This document shows, one piece after another, positions 57,388-64,000 of a stretch of DNA of 64,000 nt. Below the pieces are notes generated by a model. It was not told the DNA's origin. It made no database searches and saw only the letters and a program-made list of their open reading frames with translations. The stretch is from Octopus sinensis. Lineage: Eukaryota. Location of the stretch: positions 60,636,001-60,700,000 of the forward strand of contig NC_043004.1 of NCBI RefSeq assembly GCF_006345805.1, given 5' to 3'. Made by a program: the position numbers and the translations under genes. Numbering within the stretch: position 1 is the first letter of the stretch; every line of letters begins with the position of its first letter.

Positions 57388-58486
57388 CAAGAGAGAGAGA
57401 TTTAATATATTTTGATAAACGAAGGTGTTACAGAATTCCATTGAATGAGAGATATAACTGAACTCCAGTGAGTTGATACCACGAGGTATATTCTCCGCCG
57501 CTCTGCTGGTCTGGCCATGCGCAGACATTCTTACTTTAAAGATATTAATATGGTTCCTTTTGTAAAACCAAAACCAACATTCATTTTCAAAAGGAGAATT
57601 AATAAGAATGGATCGTAGAATCAGAAATGTGTAATAATTATAACAAAAATTATTGTGCCCCACCTCATGATGTTGATTTTACTATTCTTTTGTTTAAAAA
57701 TCAACTGCAATAATATTCTTTTATTCTAGTATCATTCTACTTACTTCAGTCATTGGACGACAGCCATGCAAATTTACTGCGTTCATGTGATTATCTCGAA
57801 TAAATCTATTTCATTCTTTTCTTGAATGATCACTAATTTGTGGGGAAATTTATGAAAGCACCCGGGTTGTCAGTTCAAGTGGTGTAAGGACTAACACGAA
57901 GACGCGCGCACTCTCAAACATACAAATAAACTCACTCGCACACACTCGTGCGCGCGCAACATACTTAATGTAGTCATTATGTAAGGCCCCTGAAAAGTTA
58001 CCTTTGTACGTCTATTCGTACTCTCAACAGTATAGGCCAGACAAAAGATCTGCCGGTCAGAAACACATTATCCTTTTACCAATGGAGACAAGTAAACAGT
58101 TTTGGCCAGCAGGGTTATGAAAACTAAAAACCTGAAACGAAACACCTCGAAGTGATTAACCTTTCTGGATATGATGGAGTTATCTCCCTTTAATCGGTTC
58201 CACTTGTGTTCGAAAACAATCAATTTATGTACGGTTTCTGTTCACTAGTCATCAAGCGGCTAATTCCATCTGCGCAAAATGAATTCTCTCTCATGTTGGC
58301 AGCGACTAAGCACTTCAATTCTGGGATTTCAGAAGGCTTTCAGGTCAACCGATTATTTTGGGATCCTTGCGCTCCCAGAGCATTCATCAATATCGACATT
58401 TTCGGCCATCTTGGAAATGTCTTGGAAATGTCTGAATCACTCGTATACTTGTGTGCAGCTCATACACTCCGATATATGTATATATA

Positions 58487-58545
58487 TTGGGTCATCCCAT
58501 AAATAAAGCGGTTTTTCAATTGCATGAATTAAAAGTCGGACAAGG
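58487..58545 (+). mobile_element. Mariner left TIR fragment
   Basis: TA|TTGGGTCATCCCATAAATAAAGCGG. Confidence 0.55.
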
Positions 58546-58599
58546 ACAGGATAAGCTATATGCATCAGCTATAGAAGCTGGTATTTATAACATCTGTGA

Positions 58600-59790
58600 T
58601 AACCTACCGGCTGACCGTTGAGCCTTGACCTTGATTGTGGATGAGCAAGTTGGAACGACTTCTATTCCGCTTTTTGTGGAGAGAGAGAGAGACCAACTGC
58701 GAGGTACTCTGCTGCCAAAAACCGTTAAAGCGTGGGCTAGGGATGCCTTGGCTGACGATGCAAGTTCGCACTGAGGTCGAGGTACCTCTGTCTCTGTTCG
58801 GAATCCGAGCAGGTGTAATCACCGCACATAAATTTCTTTCTCGCACAGGACTTAGATCCATGGATCAGGCGTGGACCTTGAATAGGTGACTGGCAGAGTG
58901 CAGACAAGCATTCACACTACACTCTCGGGCGGGCAATATCGGCAACTGATGTACCACCGCGGATTTCTATAGCGGGTCGGCAGAGTATGTGTCTGACGAT
59001 GCCCTGGGGGAGACAGGCTTTAATAGAAATCAGCTGATCAACCTATTCGGAAGGACTTTCGGGTTGGGGTACCTGGATAACTACCAGAAATTGCTTGATT
59101 GTGCTACCGATCGGATTTACCTCTTCGAGAGAGGCTGTCAAGACACAGTTTTGGCACCCCTCCGACATGCCCGAGTTGCGAGCTGGACAGTGAACCTGTC
59201 CTGCACGCCTTTGTGCAATGTGAGAAAATAAAGGGACTGCTGGCCTATGCCGAACAGCTGATGTCAACTAGAGAGAAGTACGACTATCGGCAGAATCTAT
59301 TATAGAGATTGAACAGCCTCCCTCTTTTAAAAAGGAATGAAAGGCGTGACTTTTCTGTGTAGTGGCCATATTGAAAGAGACAGTATAGAAGACGCGTGAA
59401 AAAGGAATTGCGACAGGTACCTTCATCTCTGGACGTGGGCTGGTAAGTATGGCATGGTCCGTCTAGAGAGAAGGCACCTGTCGCAAAGTATATTTGCGAA
59501 AAGATGGATGTCTATAGTAAGAATGCTACGGAAAAATTGGATCGGCTTAGTATTGCCGGTCGAGGGGAAAAAGAAAAGAATATAAAAAGAGAAATAATAC
59601 TAATAGGAAACCGGCAGGTCACTTAGACCCAGATTGTAATTATTGTCAACTTCCTAATGGGAAATCATTATAAAATTTTAAACGTTCATCATTATTCATT
59701 TTTGGATTTTCTATTTCTCATCCGATTTCATTGTTAAAGCTAACGAACTCATTTAATTCTTTGCACGTCTTGTATTGTCCCCTCTGTGTA
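58600..59790 (+). mobile_element. Old, degraded Tx1-related LINE 3' portion
   Basis: KLERLLFRFLW..CCQKPLKRGLGMPWL and TCPSCELDSEPVLHAFVQC are homologous to the young ORF2 C-terminus; tail TTGTATTGTCCCCTCTGTG. Confidence 0.8.
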
Positions 59791-59811
59791 GCCCCTAGTC
59801 CACAATTCATG

Positions 59812-60170
59812 TGTTGATAGTTCAAAGCTAGAGTTTAAAGCTTACGGTTCGAGTTAACGTGTTGAATTGTTGGTTCTTAAAACTTTGTTGTTACCTTCCG
59901 TGTGGTTACTGCCGTTTGTTTTGATTATATTGTAATTACACTGTTGCCGTCTGTTCGTTTATCCACAAGGATGTAACACCTGGCGACGAGGATCGTTCGA
60001 CACTCACATTGGTTATTTGACAATTTCTGCGTCAAGGAAAACCTATTAGCCGCAGTAGTACTGCTTCAAGCGAAGCAACGGGATCAACTACAGGAGTTGC
60101 AAAAACAAATGCTACAATAACAACAACTAATTGAGTTACAGTCGGCGAAGACTGAAAATCCAGTAAGCTC
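59812..60170 (+). mobile_element. Gypsy-like LTR retrotransposon 5' remnant (LTR, PBS, start of gag)
   Basis: ...TGTAACA-CC-TGGCGACGAGGAT: an LTR end followed by a PBS matching the tRNA-Ser(GCT) 3' end (recalled), then a Q/L-rich coiled-coil-like reading. The LTR start is approximate. Confidence 0.55.
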
Positions 60171-60182
60171 GTTTATACCAGA

Positions 60183-60579
60183 CTAGCAGTATCGCCCGGC
60201 GTTGCTCGGGTTTGTAAGGGAAATAACTATATAAGCATTTTTAGAGAGTTATAGCCAAAAAATAGCAAAAAAATGCATTAAAAATGGAAAAAAAATGATG
60301 GTAAATTTTTTTTTTAAATCGTTGACTCGTAGACATTTTTAGAGAGTTACTTCCCGTATATAATAGAGAAAAAAATGCATTAAAATGGAAAAAAATTATG
60401 GTAAATTTTTTTTTTAATCGTAGACTCATCGTAGACGCGCGCTAATACCCAGAAGGGCTCGATATGAATCACGATTATAAGATACCCGGTTTTGGTTAAA
60501 CTGCACCGCAAAATGTGGGAGTAGTTAGGAATCTAAATCGTAAGAGACAGACACACAACTTCTCTTTTATATATAAAGA
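60183..60579 (-). mobile_element. Non-autonomous Helitron
   Basis: Minus strand A|TCTTTATATATAAAAG ... hairpin CCCGAGC-AAC-GCCGGG ... CTAG|T; internal ~100-bp duplication. Confidence 0.85.
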
Positions 60580-60624
60580 TGACATGACTGAGGCAATTTC
60601 TGAATTTAATCCAGAGGAGGGTAT

Positions 60625-61215
60625 ACCAAATCCACTCACACGGCTTTGATCGGCCCGAGGCTATACTAGAAAACATTTGCCCAAGTTGTCACGCAGAGGG
60701 ATTGAACCTGGAACCATGTGGTGTGGTTGGGTAGCAAGCTATTTACCACACAACCACTCCCCTGCGTCTAGCAATATTCAAGAAAACATACATCTCTCTT
60801 TACTCTTTTACTCTTTTACTTGTTTCAGTCATTTGATTGCGGCCATGCTGGAGCACCGCCTTTAGTCGAGCAAATCGACCCCAGGACTTATTCTTTGTAA
60901 GCCCAGTACTTATTCTATCGGTCTCTTTTGCCGAACCGCTAGGTGACGGGGACGTAAACACACCAGCATCGGTTGTCAAGCAATGCTAGGGGGACAAACA
61001 CACAAACACACATACAAACACACACACGTACATATATATATATATACATATATACGACAGGCTTCTTTCAGTTTCCGTCTACCAAATCCATTCACAAGGC
61101 ATTGGTCGGCCCGGGGCTATAGCAGAAGACACTTGCCCAAGATGCCACGCAGTGGGACTGAAACCGGAACCATGTGGTTGGTAAACAAGCTACTTACCAC
61201 ACAGCCACTCCTGCA
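60625..61215 (-). mobile_element. Main SINE: partial head (60625-60770) and full copy (60794-61215)
   Basis: Reverse complement of the 19046-19441 sequence. Confidence 0.88.
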
Positions 61216-61693
61216 CTTATCTGAGTTTTTGCTGACACTGAGTATCACCACTTACCTCGGGCAGTGGTTTATTATTTTTTTTTCTTTAATGTCCATCTAC
61301 TTTCAAACAATGGACAAAACAACGGAAAAGACAACAATGGACAATTGATTTCTAGTCAGGCCAATGTTAATATTTGACATTGCGCGCCTTTCCGCAGTTG
61401 ATTCACTTCTTGCTTTATTTAGTCCTTAACAAAAGCTGACCCTATTGAAACCTGTTTTCCATGCTTTCGCCGAAAAGTAATTAAGAATGCTGTGTTTGTT
61501 CATTATTTACATTATTTACATTCGACGGATATTTGTCTTCATTTCGTTTGTTGTTAACACAACGTTAACAACGGCTGATATAACCTCCAAATTTCTTCAG
61601 GTATCTTGGGGAAATTTCGAACCTGGCTTCTCATTCCTAAGGTATTCTTCGATGTTGTTGTTGTTGTTGCTATTATTATTATTATTATTATTA

Positions 61694-61724
<31 letters not shown>

Positions 61725-62073
61725 TTCAGTAGCTTAATTTTCATAGCGTGCTTTCACTTCACTACCGAGCGCAGCTCTGTGTGCCTTAGGTATGTGCTGT
61801 GATTTGTTGTGATGTTCTGATGGTTATTGTATGGAGAGTGTTCTGCGTAGGATGTGTGCAGTGCCTAGTAGTGCAATTTTCTGTATGTTATATGTGTTTG
61901 TAAGTCCTGGTGTTTTTGTTATGTATTTGTCTGAATAATTTTTTATCATGCCTAATGCACCTACTATGATAGGAATTGTTTCTGTTTTTAGATTCCACAT
62001 TCTGGTTACCTCTATTTCCAGGTCTTTGTATTTTGAAAGTTTCTCCGTTTCTTTTAGAGACACGTTGTCATCT
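61725..62073 (-). mobile_element. R4/Dong-like non-LTR retrotransposon 3' fragment (RLE domain end + 3' UTR) in (TAA)n
   Basis: KETEKLSKYKDLEIEVTRMWNLKTETIPIIVGALG..IQKIALLGTAHILRRTL; (TAA)n on both sides. Confidence 0.8.
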
Positions 62074-62092
62074 TTATTATTATTATTATTAC

Positions 62093-62193
<101 letters not shown>

Positions 62194-62932
62194 TTGTAGT
62201 AGTAGTATTGTTATTATCATTGTTATTATTATTGTTCAGGTTACTGCTTGGAATCGAACTCGGATTCTTGGGGATAGTAGCCCGCGTTCTCAACCACCAC
62301 GAAATATGCCCGTCTTTGTTGTTTAAGGAATCTTAGCAGTGACCGATTTTCCGTTGACATTGCTAAAGACTTGTATTAATAATCGTGTTCAGCAAAAAGC
62401 AGTCAACAGATTTGTATTAAATAATGTGAAGGGATGTTCGCATCTTTTTTCTTTGTTTGTTTGTATTATTAGATGCGTAGAAATCATGTTGATATTTTTC
62501 TGTATTATGAAATTGCACAGAACAGATGTTAACTGATTAGAATAGATGTTAATCGGTTTGTGTGTTATTAAAAGGCTGGAATCGAGGTTAATGGATTTGT
62601 GTCGTCATTTTATTACGAGAACGTATGTTAACATCTTTGAATGTTATTAAATGACGATATTGGAGTTTTGCGTTATTAAATGTTTAGAAAGGACGTTAAA
62701 ATTTTTGTGTAAATAAATTGGTGAAATCTATAAATGTTGAAATCTATGTGTGTTATTAAATAACTACAATAGCTTATCCGAGGTGTAACTGATTTAGCTT
62801 CAACACGCGACCTCCAATTGCATAACCTGTTCGCCAGGTACACCAACGAAAAAATTGCAAATATATATGTGTGCGTGTATGTATGTGTGTGTATGTGCGT
62901 GAGTGTGTTTGCTTGTGTATGTATTTATGTAC

Positions 62933-62967
<35 letters not shown>

Positions 62968-63733
62968 ATATATATATATGTATATGTTATATATGCATAT
63001 ATATGTATATATATGTATATGTAATATATATATATATATGTATATATATATATGTATATAGATATAATAATATATATATATTAATATTTAAATATATGTA
63101 TATGTATCTACGTGAATACACACACACACACCACACATATATATGTATATATATTTATATGTGTGTATATAAATTTATCATAAATATTGCAATTTATATC
63201 TACGTATGTATAAACATACATCCAATATTTATATGTGCTGTATTCCTCTCCCCCATTCATTTACCCTTTTTTCCTCCATTCTTAGTAGCGTTTATCTCTT
63301 TCTCTCTCATTCCTTCTGCATTCTCTCTGTCTCTCTCTCATTCTTTTACACACACACCACACACACACACACACATACTCTCTCTCTCTCTCTCTCTCAT
63401 TCTCTCGCCCTCTCTTTCGCTTCTTCTTCAATGGTAATCTTCTTTGCTATTCACATCTGTTGATATACAGCTCGGAAGACGATAACTATTCAATTTGAAA
63501 GCAAATTAAATATTGATTTGTTTCCAAACAATTTACTATTTATGGATCTAATGCAAATTAAATTATTGATTTGTTTATTTAATTCTCCATCTATAAACAC
63601 AATGTAGGTAGTATGTTTTACGAGAAAACATATAAGATACGTTATAAGTGTGTTTGTGTGAGTGTACGTGTGTTCGTAACGATGTAGGTTTAAATATATG
63701 TTAAATATATTTTATGCATACACACACACACAT

Positions 63734-63788
<55 letters not shown>

Positions 63789-63852
63789 CACCATACTAGC
63801 TCTAATGTAACCCAGATATTCACTGATGAGAGAATTAGAATATATGTGCACA

Positions 63853-63888
<36 letters not shown>

Positions 63889-64000
63889 GATATATATTAT
63901 ATATATATATATATATTTTATATATATAACATATATATATTATATACATATACATATCCACACATAATATATATTATACATATACACACACATATATATT

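Overview
AT-rich, microsatellite-saturated animal genomic DNA. The SINE families and repeat load suggest an Octopus species; this is inferred from pattern recall, not a search. There is one 100-N gap, and many single-base indels look like long-read errors. No host protein-coding gene was recognised, and almost all ORF-track entries are translations of microsatellites. Decodable content: (1) four copies of a Tx1/L1-clade LINE, all bordered by (TATC)n, plus an older relative; (2) an ORF1-only (zinc-knuckle) LINE derivative with a Tx1-like 3' tail; (3) Tc1 and mariner remnants, a non-autonomous Helitron, a Gypsy-like 5' remnant and a Dong/R4-like fragment in (TAA)n; (4) many tRNA-derived SINEs. 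The main hidden signal is a set of non-coding tandem and/or inverted repeats, almost all abutting (TA)n. At least four unrelated families carry minimal type I hammerhead ribozymes (8 copies with an intact CUGANGA/GAAA core, about 6 degenerate), mostly with the self-complementary stem III typical of Penelope-like pLTRs and retrozymes. One fold-back of similar geometry is centred on the 3' half of U6 snRNA.
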